From: Aminithiophilus ramosus
GTDB taxonomy: Bacteria > Synergistota > Synergistia > Synergistales > Aminithiophilaceae
Direction: 5' to 3'
NCBI RefSeq assembly: GCF_018069705.1
Contig: NZ_CP072943.1
Span: forward strand, 2,671,668-2,735,667
Length of the DNA stretch: 64,000 nucleotides
Positions 20,601-29,802 of the stretch are shown piece after piece (within the stretch, counting starts at the first letter, position 1; each line of letters opens with the position of its first letter). Under the pieces are notes generated by a model that searched no databases, was not told where the DNA came from, and saw only the letters and a program-made list of their open reading frames with translations. Made by a program: the position numbers and the translations under genes.

Positions 20601-21008
20601 GAGAAAGGCCTCCAGGGGAGAGGGGCCCTCCGAGGGAGGCAGAGCGGCCAGAAAGGCGGCCACATCGCCCGAGACCCCCTCGACGGAGAGTTCGTCCAGG
20701 GCGGGAGAACCCGAGAAAAGAGAGGAGAAGGCGATCGAAGCGCCGACCCTCTCCGCCGCAAGAAGGGACCGTCCCTCCCCATCGCGGAGGGCAAGCCCTT
20801 CGAGGGTGAAACCGGCCAGGGGATTTCCCCGCACCGATCCCATGTCGAGCCGCAGCCCCGTCGCCTCCTCCACGGCCTCCGTGACCTTGCGACCGATCAG
20901 ATCGGTGACCACGTCGATTCGGGAAAGGGCGAAAAGGGCCACGATGGCGGCTCCCGCGAGAGAGCCGAGGAAAACGAGGCGTTTTTGTCTCTTTTCCACG
21001 ACCTTCAC
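17634..21008 (-). CDS. tamB: Translocation and assembly module TamB-like (DUF490/AsmA-like) large envelope protein
   Basis: A 1124-aa protein with an N-terminal membrane anchor and a long beta-rich, Gly/Ser/Ala/Leu-repetitive body typical of TamB. Confidence 0.7.
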   Translation of the reverse strand: MKVVEKRQKRLVFLGSLAGAAIVALFALSRIDVVTDLIGRKVTEAVEEATGLRLDMGSVRGNPLAGFTLEGLALRDGEGRSLLAAERVGASIAFSSLFSGSPALDELSVEGVSGDVAAFLAALPPSEGPSPLEAFLDEIHDRGAVSFPLSRLTMRRVDLATPGGALHLASGKASFGERGLDVDVDVLFRELPVKGEVALDFSGKTVVADLDVAVGKGRIEGKGTVEPLLDVTADLKGFDLADLGRLWPDLAERGFAGTFATTLKARGAWSDPRLEGDLLFEGGRLSGIPFDVARTSWSYDVKSLSFPDVKARVAAIPLTGRMAFGLGQLPPDLDIGLSARDVAVADLVSTFPGLEGATGTIEAVTVTLGGRADSLKGKAFLRAPRFAYGGQTVTGLSVDALFGTDGRAKVSGGASWMGTALTVEGDVVYSPEIRFGLSLRAPEIDLSGLGALDEALAAQKPQGKASVTLKLQGNPSAYTVTGRAESARARLQGELFEGTKAEFSYAASGLDLKDFQSRWGQAALSASGKVTGLAGGKAHLALSGKVTNLDVASLVAFAPALGSVRPSGKVSLDWKADGPVASPTFAVTATSSRLDAEPAIRLEGVRASGSFSPGGKALLAAPLDVAVDKIGASGAVVEALSASVQMEGSRIRLSDLSARLGGGSLAASGTIDTAKAPQALDLKGTVKGVDLSKVLTKDLLPVVVAGRIDGDVSLSGTTEAPSFSVKASSPALTVADLAVTALAVEASGTPSTLTVSRAEATVGGAPFSAKADLSRVGEGYGGTFSAQASAVDVALLTAKLPGAEELAMAGKVDFSLSGSADGKVLSGRGDLSSSSLRVRGMEVSNLKVPLLLGGDSLKIDGARANVAGGEAKGSASVVLERGTWTAEASVKGADLKAVTRLFAEGKGSLSGPADLSFKGNGNVTFGTVLGSGVLSVGEGELEGFRSAELLAKLHGSPRIRYRSILANYTVDSSGLQLLPGTRALAQPDDALYRTLEAEGSVGFDKKLDLDVRGNVNVQALNAFLGGIEGLLTSGGQTPEALLKGLFQGVTGSASQRDFRNVTLDVGGTTEAPKVSNIRIEQPLEPKREEAPAQGKDVQAVPEKVQPTDPGQILQQQILQKILGN

Positions 21009-21283
21009 CTGCCTTTGCAGTCTAGAAAGATTCCTGAAAAATGACCTCTCTCAATAGTACCATGGAAAGCCCAAGGGGGCCCCGCCGGAATCGGGGCCCC
21101 CTTGGATGGTGAAGAGGAGGAGTTCTGTCGTCGTTGGTCGACGAGGTGTGGTTATCTTAGGCCCCTCGTCCCTTTCCCGCCTCCGTCGAATGGCCTATCT
21201 TCAGGCAGAGGCGGAGGTGGACAGGATCGCGCCGTCTTCTTAAAATGAATTAAATAGTCTCCGAAAAGGAAGGTGGTTACGCC

Positions 21284-22645
21284 ATGACCAGAAAACGGCT
21301 GATCGTCGTCGGCGGCGACGCGGCGGGAATGAGCGCCGCATCTCAGATGAGACGCCTCGATCGGGACCGGGAGATCGTCGTCTTCGAGAGGGGCCCCCAC
21401 ACCTCCTACGCCGCCTGCGGCATCCCCTACTTCGTGGCCGGTCTCATCGAAAAGCCCGACGCGCTCATCGCCCGGACTCCCGAGACCTTCCGGGAGAGGT
21501 ACGCCATCGACGCCCGTACCCTTCAGGAGGTGACGGCCATCGACGTCCGGGGCAGGACGGTCCAGATCGAAGACCGCCGCGAGGGACGGGCCTACGCCAT
21601 GGACTACGACGACCTCCTCATCGCCACGGGGGCCCTCCCCTTCGTTCCCGACGTCCCCTCCATCGACGCCGAAGGCGTCTTCGGCGTCAACACCCTGGAG
21701 AGCGCCATCGCCCTCAGGCGGTTTCTCGAAAACAGGCAGCCGAGGAAGGCCGTCGTCGTCGGAGGAGGCTACATCGGCCTCGAGATGGCCGAGGCCCTCA
21801 ACTGCCACAGGGGGCTGTCGGTGGCCCTCGTCGAGAGGGCGCCTCAGGTGATGGGCACCCTCGACCCCGACATGGCGGCCCTCGTCGGCGAGGCGATCCG
21901 GGACGTCGGCATCACCTTGCGTCTGGGCGAGACCCTCTCGGCCGTCGAGACCGACGATCAGGGACGGGTGCGGGCCGTCGTCACCGACAGGGGAACCGTC
22001 GAGGCCGACCTCGTCGTCCTCGGCCTGGGCGTGAGGCCCAACACGGCCCTGGCCGCCGATGCCGGCCTCTCCCTGGGCGTCAGAGGAGCCATCCGCGTCG
22101 ACGACAGGATGGCCACGCCGACGGAGGGGATCTGGACCGCAGGCGACTGCGCCGAGACCTTCCATCTCGTGAGCCGCCAGCCCTTCCACGTCGCCCTCGG
22201 CACGGTGGCCAACAAGATGGGCCGCGTGGCCGGCATCAACCTCGCCGGAGGCGAGGCCCGTTTCCCCGGCGTCGTCGGCACGGCCGTGAGCAAGATCTGC
22301 AAGTACGAGGTGGCCCGCACGGGCCTCCTCGAGGCCGAGGCCACCAAGTTCGGCCTCGACTTCACCATGGCCACCGTCAAGACGCGGACCCGGGCCGGCT
22401 ATTACCCCGGAGCGGGGAGAATCCACGTCAAGCTCCTGGCCGAGAAGGGGACGGGGCGCCTCCTGGGGGGCCAGATCGTCGGCGTCGAGGGGGCGGCCAA
22501 GCGGATCGACGTTCTCGCCGCCTGCCTACACGGCCGGATGACCGTCCAGAATCTCGTCGACATGGACCTCAGCTACGCCCCTCCCTTCTCTCCCGTCTGG
22601 GACCCCGTCCAGGTCGCCGCCCGGGCCCTGCTCAAGGAGGTCTGA
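21284..22645 (+). CDS. FAD-dependent pyridine-nucleotide-disulfide oxidoreductase (NADH oxidase / CoA-disulfide reductase family)
   Basis: GGDAAGMSAA FAD site, redox Cys (SYAACGIPY), and an NAD-binding VVGGGYIGLE motif. Confidence 0.8.
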   Translation: MTRKRLIVVGGDAAGMSAASQMRRLDRDREIVVFERGPHTSYAACGIPYFVAGLIEKPDALIARTPETFRERYAIDARTLQEVTAIDVRGRTVQIEDRREGRAYAMDYDDLLIATGALPFVPDVPSIDAEGVFGVNTLESAIALRRFLENRQPRKAVVVGGGYIGLEMAEALNCHRGLSVALVERAPQVMGTLDPDMAALVGEAIRDVGITLRLGETLSAVETDDQGRVRAVVTDRGTVEADLVVLGLGVRPNTALAADAGLSLGVRGAIRVDDRMATPTEGIWTAGDCAETFHLVSRQPFHVALGTVANKMGRVAGINLAGGEARFPGVVGTAVSKICKYEVARTGLLEAEATKFGLDFTMATVKTRTRAGYYPGAGRIHVKLLAEKGTGRLLGGQIVGVEGAAKRIDVLAACLHGRMTVQNLVDMDLSYAPPFSPVWDPVQVAARALLKEV

Positions 22646-22655
22646 TCGCGCCGGC

Positions 22656-23387
22656 TCAGCCGATCTGACGGAGGAAAGCCGTAACGTCGAACTCCCGGAG
22701 CCCCTGGCTCGTCCCGTCCAGGTGCTCCTCCATGGCCGCCATGGCCGCCTCCGGATTCTGTCCCGCAATGGCCTCGACGATCCGCTGATGCTGGGAGAAG
22801 ACCCGCTTCGACCAGAGCAGGGGCTGTTCGACGATGCGGCGCCTTCGGAGGGGGACGATGACGCGCTCCGTTATGCCCACGAGCCCCTCGTGGACGCGCA
22901 GGAGGAGGACGTTCCGGGCCGCCTGGACGATCGTCCCGTGGAGGAGGGAGTTCCAGTGCGTCCCCTCCTCCACGTCGCGTTCCCCCTCGGCGTTGCTGAG
23001 GCGGAAGAGCTGATCCAGACAGGCGCGCAGTCGGGCCACATCCTCGTCGCTCCGTCGCGTCGCCGCCAGAGCCGCGGCGGGAACTTCGACGATGCGGCGC
23101 ATCTCCACGGCCTGGGGGAGAATATCTTCGGGCCAGGCGATGAGAGAATCCAATCCCTGCGTCAGGTCGGCGCCGTCGACGGCCTTGACGAAAATGCCCT
23201 GGCGCTCGCGAACCTCCAGAAACCCCCAGGCCTCCAGGGCGATGACCGCCTCCCGGACAAGCTGACGGCTCTCCTGAAGGATATCGACGAGTTCCCGCTC
23301 CGTCGGCAGCTTGCCGTCGCAGACCAGCTGCCCTTCCCGCACCAGCCGGAGAATCCTCTCCGCCAGCGCCTTGCGCTTGGCATTCAC
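22656..23387 (-). CDS. GntR-family (FadR/FCD-type) transcriptional regulator
   Basis: An N-terminal winged-HTH (LPTERELVDILQESRQLVREA) plus an FCD domain; divergent from the GlpA-like operon. Confidence 0.75.
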   Translation of the reverse strand: MNAKRKALAERILRLVREGQLVCDGKLPTERELVDILQESRQLVREAVIALEAWGFLEVRERQGIFVKAVDGADLTQGLDSLIAWPEDILPQAVEMRRIVEVPAAALAATRRSDEDVARLRACLDQLFRLSNAEGERDVEEGTHWNSLLHGTIVQAARNVLLLRVHEGLVGITERVIVPLRRRRIVEQPLLWSKRVFSQHQRIVEAIAGQNPEAAMAAMEEHLDGTSQGLREFDVTAFLRQIG

Positions 23388-23481
23388 GCCCCGTCACACC
23401 CCCACATGGCATCGAAGAAACTCTTGCGGAAATTGCATGCTTGCCCTCTTCCCGCAGCAATGCTATTATAACCTCGGTCCC

Positions 23482-23505
23482 TCTGATCAATCATGGTTGA
23501 CCAGA
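23482..23505. promoter_or_regulatory. Imperfect inverted repeat, candidate operator in the divergent GntR / GlpA-like promoter region
   Basis: TCTGATCAA-tcatgg-TTGACCAGA, just downstream of a TTGCCC-17-TATTAT promoter-like element at ~23437-23470. Confidence 0.35.
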
Positions 23506-23575
23506 GACGCAAGCCCCCTCAAGGGCCACAATTCGAAAGGTTTCGGATACGACGCGAGAAAGCAGGTGTCCTCCT

Positions 23576-25057
23576 TTGAGAAAAGCCTACGACGTACTCA
23601 TCATCGGGGCGGGCGTCATCGGCTGCGCCATCGCCCGGGAGCTGTCGCGCTACAGACTGCGCGTCGCCGTTGTGGAAAAAGATCTCGACGTGGGCCTCGG
23701 AACAAGTTCCCGCAACAGCGGCGTCCTCCACGCGGGCTTCAATTACAGGCCGGGAACGCTCCAGGCCCGCCTCGACGTCGAAGGAAACGCCCTCATGAGC
23801 GGTCTCTGCCGCGACTTGAAGGTGAAGATCCGACGGATCGGCAAGCTGACGGTGGCCCGCGATGCCTCGGAGATCGGGGCGCTGGAGGCCCTGAGGGAAC
23901 AGGGCGAGACCAACGGCGTCCCGGGGCTGGAGATCGTCGATCCCCGCTCCATGGAAAAGATCCAGCCCGGAATCCGGGGCGCGGCGGCGCTCTGGTCGCC
24001 GACGAGCGCCATCGTCTGCCCCTACGGCCTGACGACGGCTCTGGCCGACAACGCCTTCCGCAACGGCGTCCATTTCCACCTGGGGCAGGAAGTGGTCGCC
24101 ATCGACCGCGAGGACCCCTCTCCCTTTCAGGTTTCCTCGCGCCGCGGCGATCGATGGGAGGCGAAGGTTCTCGTCAACGCCGCCGGTCTCTTCGCCGACG
24201 CCGTCGCTTCCATGGCGGGCGTCGGGACCTACCGTCTCTATCCCTGCCGGGGAGAGTACTACATCCTCGACAAGCGTCTCGGCGGAAGCCTGTCGACGCT
24301 GGTCTATCCCGCTCCCCGGAAGAACGCCCCGGGGCTGGGGATTCACCTGACGCCCACCGTGGACGGGAACATCCTCATCGGCCCCAGCGCCGAGTACGTC
24401 GACGCCCCCGAGGATTACGCCTGCACCGCCTCCGTCATGGCCAGGCTCCAGGCCGAGGGGAGAGGCCTTTTCCCAAAGCTTTCGACGGCGGACTTCATCG
24501 GCAACTTCGCCGGCATCCGGCCCAAGCGGACCTCCCCCGACGAGGGGGGCAATCGCGACTTCGTCATCGAAGACCGCCTGGACGTCCGGGGCTTCATCAA
24601 CCTCGTCGGCATCGAGAGCCCCGGCCTGACCAGCGCTCCGGCCATCGCCGCCATGGTGCGCGGAATGATCGGCCGCCATCTCGACCTCGAAGAAAATCCC
24701 TCCTTCACGGCCCGGCGGGAGGGTCTGGAGGGGCGTTTCAGCGAGCTTCCTCCGGAGGAGAGGGCCGATCTCATCGCCTCCAACGGCAACTACGGCGAGG
24801 TGATCTGCCGCTGCGAACAAATCACCCGGCAGGAGATCATCGACGCCATCGGCAACCCCATCGGCGCCCGCACCCTCGTGGGAATCAAATACCGGTCCCG
24901 AGCCATGATGGGACGCTGTCAGGGAGGGTTCTGCATGCCCCGCATCATCCGCATCCTGAAAGAGGAGTTCGGCTACGACCCGAAAGACTTCCTGCTCCGA
25001 GGGACGGCGTCGCCCCTTTTCGTCGGCTCCCTCCGCGACGGGAGGGTCGACCGATGA
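23576..25057 (+). CDS. FAD-dependent oxidoreductase, GlpA-like, with a C-terminal BFD-like [2Fe-2S] domain
   Basis: DVLIIGAGVIGCAIAREL dinucleotide-binding fold. The C-terminal CRCEQITRQEIIDAI ... MGRCQGGFC motif is BFD-like. Confidence 0.75.
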   Translation: MRKAYDVLIIGAGVIGCAIARELSRYRLRVAVVEKDLDVGLGTSSRNSGVLHAGFNYRPGTLQARLDVEGNALMSGLCRDLKVKIRRIGKLTVARDASEIGALEALREQGETNGVPGLEIVDPRSMEKIQPGIRGAAALWSPTSAIVCPYGLTTALADNAFRNGVHFHLGQEVVAIDREDPSPFQVSSRRGDRWEAKVLVNAAGLFADAVASMAGVGTYRLYPCRGEYYILDKRLGGSLSTLVYPAPRKNAPGLGIHLTPTVDGNILIGPSAEYVDAPEDYACTASVMARLQAEGRGLFPKLSTADFIGNFAGIRPKRTSPDEGGNRDFVIEDRLDVRGFINLVGIESPGLTSAPAIAAMVRGMIGRHLDLEENPSFTARREGLEGRFSELPPEERADLIASNGNYGEVICRCEQITRQEIIDAIGNPIGARTLVGIKYRSRAMMGRCQGGFCMPRIIRILKEEFGYDPKDFLLRGTASPLFVGSLRDGRVDR

Positions 25058-26292
25058 ACGTCCGGAAACGCGATCTCGTCGTCATCGGAGGGGGACCGGC
25101 GGGGTTGGCCGCGGCCATCGCCGCAAAAGAGGCCGGCTGCGACGACGTCCTTCTCGTCGAGCGGGACCGCATCCTGGGGGGCATCCTGAACCAGTGCATC
25201 CACGACGGCTTCGGCCTCCACACCTTCAACGAGGCCCTGTCGGGGCCCGAATACGCCTCCCGCTACATCGATCGCCTTCGCGGGCTCCCCATCGACGTCT
25301 GCGAGGGAACGATCGTCCTCAACCTCTCCAGGGATCGCCGTCTCCAGATGAGTTCCCGCCGCGGCTACGAGATCGTCGAGGCCAAGGCCGTCGTCCTGGC
25401 CATGGGATGCCGTGAGCGTCCGAGGGGAGCCCTCTCCATCCCGGGGACGCGGCCCGCCGGGATCTTCACGGCCGGGGCGGCCCAGAACCTGATCAACATG
25501 GAGAACGTCATGGTGGGGCGTCAGGCCTGCATCCTCGGCTCCGGCGACATCGGCCTGATCATGGCCCGGAGGATGACCCTTGAGGGAGCCCGGGTCGAAG
25601 CCGTCTTCGAGATCCTCCCCTATTCGAGCGGCCTGCCCCGCAACATCCGGCAGTGCCTCGACGATTACGGCATTCCCCTCTTCCTGGGCACCACGGTGAC
25701 GCAGATTCACGGCCGAGACCGGCTCGAGGGGATCTCCGTCGCCCCTGTCGGCCCGGACCGCCTGCCCTGCGGGACGGAACGTTTCGTCCCCTGCGACACG
25801 CTTCTTCTCTCGGTGGGGCTCATCCCGGAAAACGAACTCTCCCGGGAGGCTCGAGTCCCCCTCGACGGCCGGACCAACGGAGCCGTCGTCGACGACACCT
25901 TCATGACGGAGGTCCCGGGGATCTTCGCCTGCGGCAACGTGCTCCACGTCCACGATCTCGTCGACTGGGTCTCCCTGGAGGCTTCCCGGGCCGGAGCCTT
26001 CGCGGCCCGCTACGTGGCCGAGGGAGGACCGGCAGGAGAGGCGACCGTCGAGGTCCGCCCCGGCGAGGGGGTGCGCTACACCCTCCCCCAGAAGATCGGC
26101 GGACGGAGGGACTGCTGCCTCTCGCTGCGCGTCACGGCTCCGGCCCGCAACCGTTCCGTCGCCGTCAGGGAGGGGGAGCGCCTCGTCAAGAGTCAGCGCT
26201 TCGCCCGTCTCCATCCGGCCGAGATGATCCGCCTCGATCTCAGGGCGGCCGACGTCGAAGGCTGCCACCGTCTGGAGGTAACCGTGGAATGA
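25054..26292 (+). CDS. NAD(P)/FAD-binding pyridine-nucleotide-disulfide oxidoreductase (partner of the GlpA-like protein)
   Basis: Motifs VVIGGGPAGLAAA and GSGDIGLIMA. The ATG at 25054 overlaps the upstream stop. Confidence 0.7.
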   Translation: MNVRKRDLVVIGGGPAGLAAAIAAKEAGCDDVLLVERDRILGGILNQCIHDGFGLHTFNEALSGPEYASRYIDRLRGLPIDVCEGTIVLNLSRDRRLQMSSRRGYEIVEAKAVVLAMGCRERPRGALSIPGTRPAGIFTAGAAQNLINMENVMVGRQACILGSGDIGLIMARRMTLEGARVEAVFEILPYSSGLPRNIRQCLDDYGIPLFLGTTVTQIHGRDRLEGISVAPVGPDRLPCGTERFVPCDTLLLSVGLIPENELSREARVPLDGRTNGAVVDDTFMTEVPGIFACGNVLHVHDLVDWVSLEASRAGAFAARYVAEGGPAGEATVEVRPGEGVRYTLPQKIGGRRDCCLSLRVTAPARNRSVAVREGERLVKSQRFARLHPAEMIRLDLRAADVEGCHRLEVTVE

Positions 26293-26663
26293 GCCTTCGC
26301 GAGTTCGTCTGCGTCGTCTGCCCCAACGGCTGTCTCCTTTCCCTGGAGATTTCCGCAGAAAAGCCCGCCAAGCTCCTCTCCCTTTCCGGTCAGGGCTGTC
26401 CGCGGGGGGAAATCTGGGCCCGCCAGGAGATCGAAAACCCCCTGCGCACCATCGCCAGCAGCGTCCTCGTCGCGGACGGCGATTTCCCCCTGGTCAGCGT
26501 GCGCACCGACGCCCCCATACCCCTGGCTTCCGTCCCGGCCGTCATGGCCGAGATCCGTCGCCTTTCCGTCGAGGCCCCGGTGAGGATCGGCGACGTGCTC
26601 CTCGCCGGTCCGGCGGGAACGGCGTGCAACGTCATCGCCACCCGCTCCGTCAGACGCATCTGA
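26289..26663 (+). CDS. DUF1667-domain protein (third member of the GlpA-like / oxidoreductase / DUF1667 triad)
   Basis: CVVCPNGC ... GQGCPRGE Cys motifs; the ATG overlaps the upstream stop. Confidence 0.65.
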   Translation: MSLREFVCVVCPNGCLLSLEISAEKPAKLLSLSGQGCPRGEIWARQEIENPLRTIASSVLVADGDFPLVSVRTDAPIPLASVPAVMAEIRRLSVEAPVRIGDVLLAGPAGTACNVIATRSVRRI

Positions 26664-26794
26664 AAGGGCGGGACCGTGCCGGACCGCGCAGGAGACAGAG
26701 CCGCGTCGCAGGAGGAACGTTTTTCAGCGAGTCCCGTCGGGAACGCCGCCCCCCTCGGGCCTCCGAAGCGGAAAGAGGAAAGGAGCGTTTCGGA

Positions 26795-27523
26795 ATGGCA
26801 AACAGCGTCGACGTCCTTTTTTCCGGCTTCCCCGGAAAGGCGGAGCAGACCTATCTGGGGTGGAGCACCGTCGCCCTCGTCCATACGGACGAGGGTCCCC
26901 TCCTCGTCGACACGGGAGGGCACGGGGCAAGGCCCTTCCTCGTCCGCGCCCTGGCGGAGCGGGGCCTGCGCTGCGAGGATATCGGCCACGTCTTCCTGAC
27001 CCACCTTCACTTCGACCACTGCGCCAACCTATCCCTTTTCCCCAAGGCCCTCTTCTATCTGAGTCGGGCCGAGTGGGAACATGCCTGGACGGGAGAGGAC
27101 CCCTGCACGCTCGAGGGGGTCTTGCCCCCCCTGAAAGGGGAATACGCCAAAAGGCTCGTCGAAACCGACGGCGAGGAGATTCTGCCCGGCCTTCGGGCCT
27201 ACCTCACTCCGGGCCACACTCCGGGATGCCTCTCCCTGGTGGGCCGCGAGGGCCGTCAAAGGTGGGCCGTCTGCGGAGACAGCGTCAAGAACCGCATCGA
27301 GTTGATCCGTGAGGAGGTGGCCATGACCCGATCGCCCGAGGCGAGCGCGGAAAGCATCAGGAAGGTCAAGAAGATGGCCGACAGGGTTCTTCCCGGCCAC
27401 GACTGCTGGTTGCGGATCGAAGAGGGGGCGATCGTCCCGGAAGGAGGAAACGACATCGAGATAACGTTGCCGGAGGGCATGTCGATGGGAGGCAGACGGA
27501 TCATAACCCTGTCGTTGGATTGA
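26795..27523 (+). CDS. MBL-fold metallo-hydrolase
   Basis: HLHFDH zinc motif; an AGGAG SD precedes the ATG at 26795. Confidence 0.7.
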   Translation: MANSVDVLFSGFPGKAEQTYLGWSTVALVHTDEGPLLVDTGGHGARPFLVRALAERGLRCEDIGHVFLTHLHFDHCANLSLFPKALFYLSRAEWEHAWTGEDPCTLEGVLPPLKGEYAKRLVETDGEEILPGLRAYLTPGHTPGCLSLVGREGRQRWAVCGDSVKNRIELIREEVAMTRSPEASAESIRKVKKMADRVLPGHDCWLRIEEGAIVPEGGNDIEITLPEGMSMGGRRIITLSLD

Positions 27524-27537
27524 GGGAGGGATTCACC

Positions 27538-27645
27538 GTGGAGTACCTCGGGATAGGAGAGTATTTCGTCGTGTTCGTGGGCCCCGCCATAGCCCCGATT
27601 CTGGTGTTGTGCTGGTTTTTAGCGAAAGACGGATCGAACCCCTAG
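27538..27645 (+). CDS. Candidate 35-aa single-TM membrane peptide (possible small accessory subunit of the downstream symporter)
   Basis: A GGGAGGGA SD lies 7 nt before the GTG. The translation is VEYLGIGEYFVVFVGPAIAPILVLCWFLAKDGSNP. It ends 23 nt before the symporter start. It is absent from the ORF track because of its size. Confidence 0.3.
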   Translation: MEYLGIGEYFVVFVGPAIAPILVLCWFLAKDGSNP

Positions 27646-27668
27646 AAGAAAGAGGAGGTGTCTTTCTC

Positions 27669-29102
27669 GTGAACGGAATCGCCTTCGGGCTTGTCGGCTA
27701 TTTCGTCATCATCGTCGCGATCAGCTATGCCTCGACGCGGCTTCGGCCCATCGAGAATCAGAGCGACTACATCATCGGCAAGGGCTTCGGAAGCGTCGTC
27801 ACGGGGCTGGCCTGCGCCTCGACCCTGGCCAGCGGCTATGCCTTCATCGGCCTCGTCGCCCTGGGCTACCACATGGGGTTCCTCGCCCTCTACCAGGCCA
27901 TCCTGGCCCCCCTTTTCGACTTTCTCTGCTGGCGCTTCGTGGCTCCCAAGGTCAAGGCCTTATCTTCCAAACACCGTTCTCTTACGGCCGTCGACCTCCT
28001 GGCCTCCCTCCGCGGAGACCCGACCCATCTGATCCGCATCCTCAGCGGCATTACCGTCGCCCTCTTCATGTTCGCCTACCTGGGCTCCAACATCATCGCC
28101 GCGGGGAAGGCGGCCGGAGCCCTGAAAATCGACTACACGACGGCCATCCTGGGCTCTTCGGTCCTCGTCATCCTCTACGTCATGTTCGGAGGCGTCACCG
28201 CCGCCTACTGGGCCGAGGCCTTCCAGGGACTCATCATGGTCTGCATGTGCCTTTTCATGCCCGTCGCCGCCATCGTCCACATCGGCGGCCTCGGGGCATT
28301 CTTCACGAAGCTGCACCAGATCGACCCCCTCCTCGTCTCCTGGTCGGGAGGTCGGGCCGGCTGGCCCCTTTTCGCCGCCCTCTGGCTCTGGCTCGGCGTC
28401 GCCCTGGGCTTTCTGGGACAGCCTCAGGGGCTGCAGAAATTCGTGGCCATCGAGTCGGCCGGCAAAATCAAAGGGGCCGCCCTGATCGCCGTGACCTTCA
28501 ACACCATGCGCCAGTATTTCCCCCTCATCCTGGGCCTCTGCTGCAGGATTCTCTTCCCCTCCCTCCAGGACGCCGAACTCTCCACGCCGACTTTCATCAG
28601 CTCTTTTTTCCCCAACTTCATGGGCGGCCTCATGCTGGCCGCCGTCTTCGCCGCCATCATGTCGACGAATTCCTCTCTTCTGTTGCAGGGAACGGCCGAA
28701 CTCTCCGTCAACGTCCTGAGAAAGGGCTTTTTCCGCAACATCCCGAAGAGCGAGAGGTTCTACAAGCTCTTCAGCCAGATCTGCACCCTGATTTTCGGCG
28801 CCGTCGCCCTTCTTCTGGCCATGATGAAAGTCGATTCCGTCTTCAGCCTCAACCTTCTGGCCTGGGCCGGCCTGGCCGCCTCTTTCGGCCCGGGGCTCAT
28901 CCTGGCCATCTACTGGAAGAAGACGACGCACCAGGGCATCCTGGCCGGCATCGTCACCGGAACGCTCTCGGCCTTCCTGTGGTACCACGGGGGGAAACCC
29001 CTCCTGGGACTCCATCAGGGAACGGCCTCCTTTTTCATCGCCTCGGCCGTGGTGATCGCCGTCAGCCTCGTCACCTACAGGGAAGAGGTCCGCGCCCTCT
29101 GA
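27669..29102 (+). CDS. Sodium:solute symporter (SSF family, PutP/PanF-like)
   Basis: SSF N-terminal pattern (SDYIIGKGFGS) and about 13 TM helices. The GTG at 27669 follows a GAGGAGG SD and is preferred over the ORF-track start at 27609. Confidence 0.75.
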   Translation: MNGIAFGLVGYFVIIVAISYASTRLRPIENQSDYIIGKGFGSVVTGLACASTLASGYAFIGLVALGYHMGFLALYQAILAPLFDFLCWRFVAPKVKALSSKHRSLTAVDLLASLRGDPTHLIRILSGITVALFMFAYLGSNIIAAGKAAGALKIDYTTAILGSSVLVILYVMFGGVTAAYWAEAFQGLIMVCMCLFMPVAAIVHIGGLGAFFTKLHQIDPLLVSWSGGRAGWPLFAALWLWLGVALGFLGQPQGLQKFVAIESAGKIKGAALIAVTFNTMRQYFPLILGLCCRILFPSLQDAELSTPTFISSFFPNFMGGLMLAAVFAAIMSTNSSLLLQGTAELSVNVLRKGFFRNIPKSERFYKLFSQICTLIFGAVALLLAMMKVDSVFSLNLLAWAGLAASFGPGLILAIYWKKTTHQGILAGIVTGTLSAFLWYHGGKPLLGLHQGTASFFIASAVVIAVSLVTYREEVRAL

Positions 29103-29802
29103 CCCACCGGTCTCCTCCGACGAAAGCGCCTCCCCCGGAAGGAACTCCACTTCCCGGGCAAAGGCGGAGGAAGCGTCGGCTTTCCCGTCCTTCCGGGGAA
29201 AAGGCGCGTCGCGAAACCGACGATTCCACGCGGCCCGTCCTTCGATCGCCCTCGACGATCGGAGGACGGGCCGTACCCGTCGGTTGCCCGTGACCGGAAG
29301 GTCGCGCCTCGGCAGACCGTGCCGTCCCCCGCAGGCGACGACGCGCCACCGCCCACGGGGGACGGGGAGAGAGGCTCCGCCCCGTCCGAGGCCGCGCCGG
29401 ATCTCGCCCCCGGGGAAAAGGCTCGAGCTCGAGCACCGCCGATTCTGAGCGGGGCGGCCCCTCGAGCGCACCTCGCTTCAGGGGCCGAATGTCCTTCCTG
29501 CCCGTCGCCGTCGGAAGCGACGGAAGAACCTTCGAACCGGCCATCCCCCGCCTCTCCCGACACCGTCTCATGGGACCAGGCAGGCCCGTGAGACGGACAA
29601 GAGAGGCGAATCCTTTATTCGGACGACATCGACCGAGATCCGCCGAGGCAGGAAGGGAGGTTTTTCGAAGGGGTATTTGATAGAATAGCCTGAAGAAGTG
29701 AACTTTTCGCGGAAAGGAGGAACGGGATCGACGGACTGCCTCGCCCCGCGGCGGCAGGAAACCGGAAACCATTTCGCTGTTCAGAGGAGGATTCGTCATA
29801 AG

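Noticed and set aside
27609-27668. ORF-track start of the symporter at 27609
   Set aside because: It has no SD. The GTG at 27669 has a GAGGAGG SD and matches SSF N-termini. The upstream frame is better explained by the separate 35-aa peptide.
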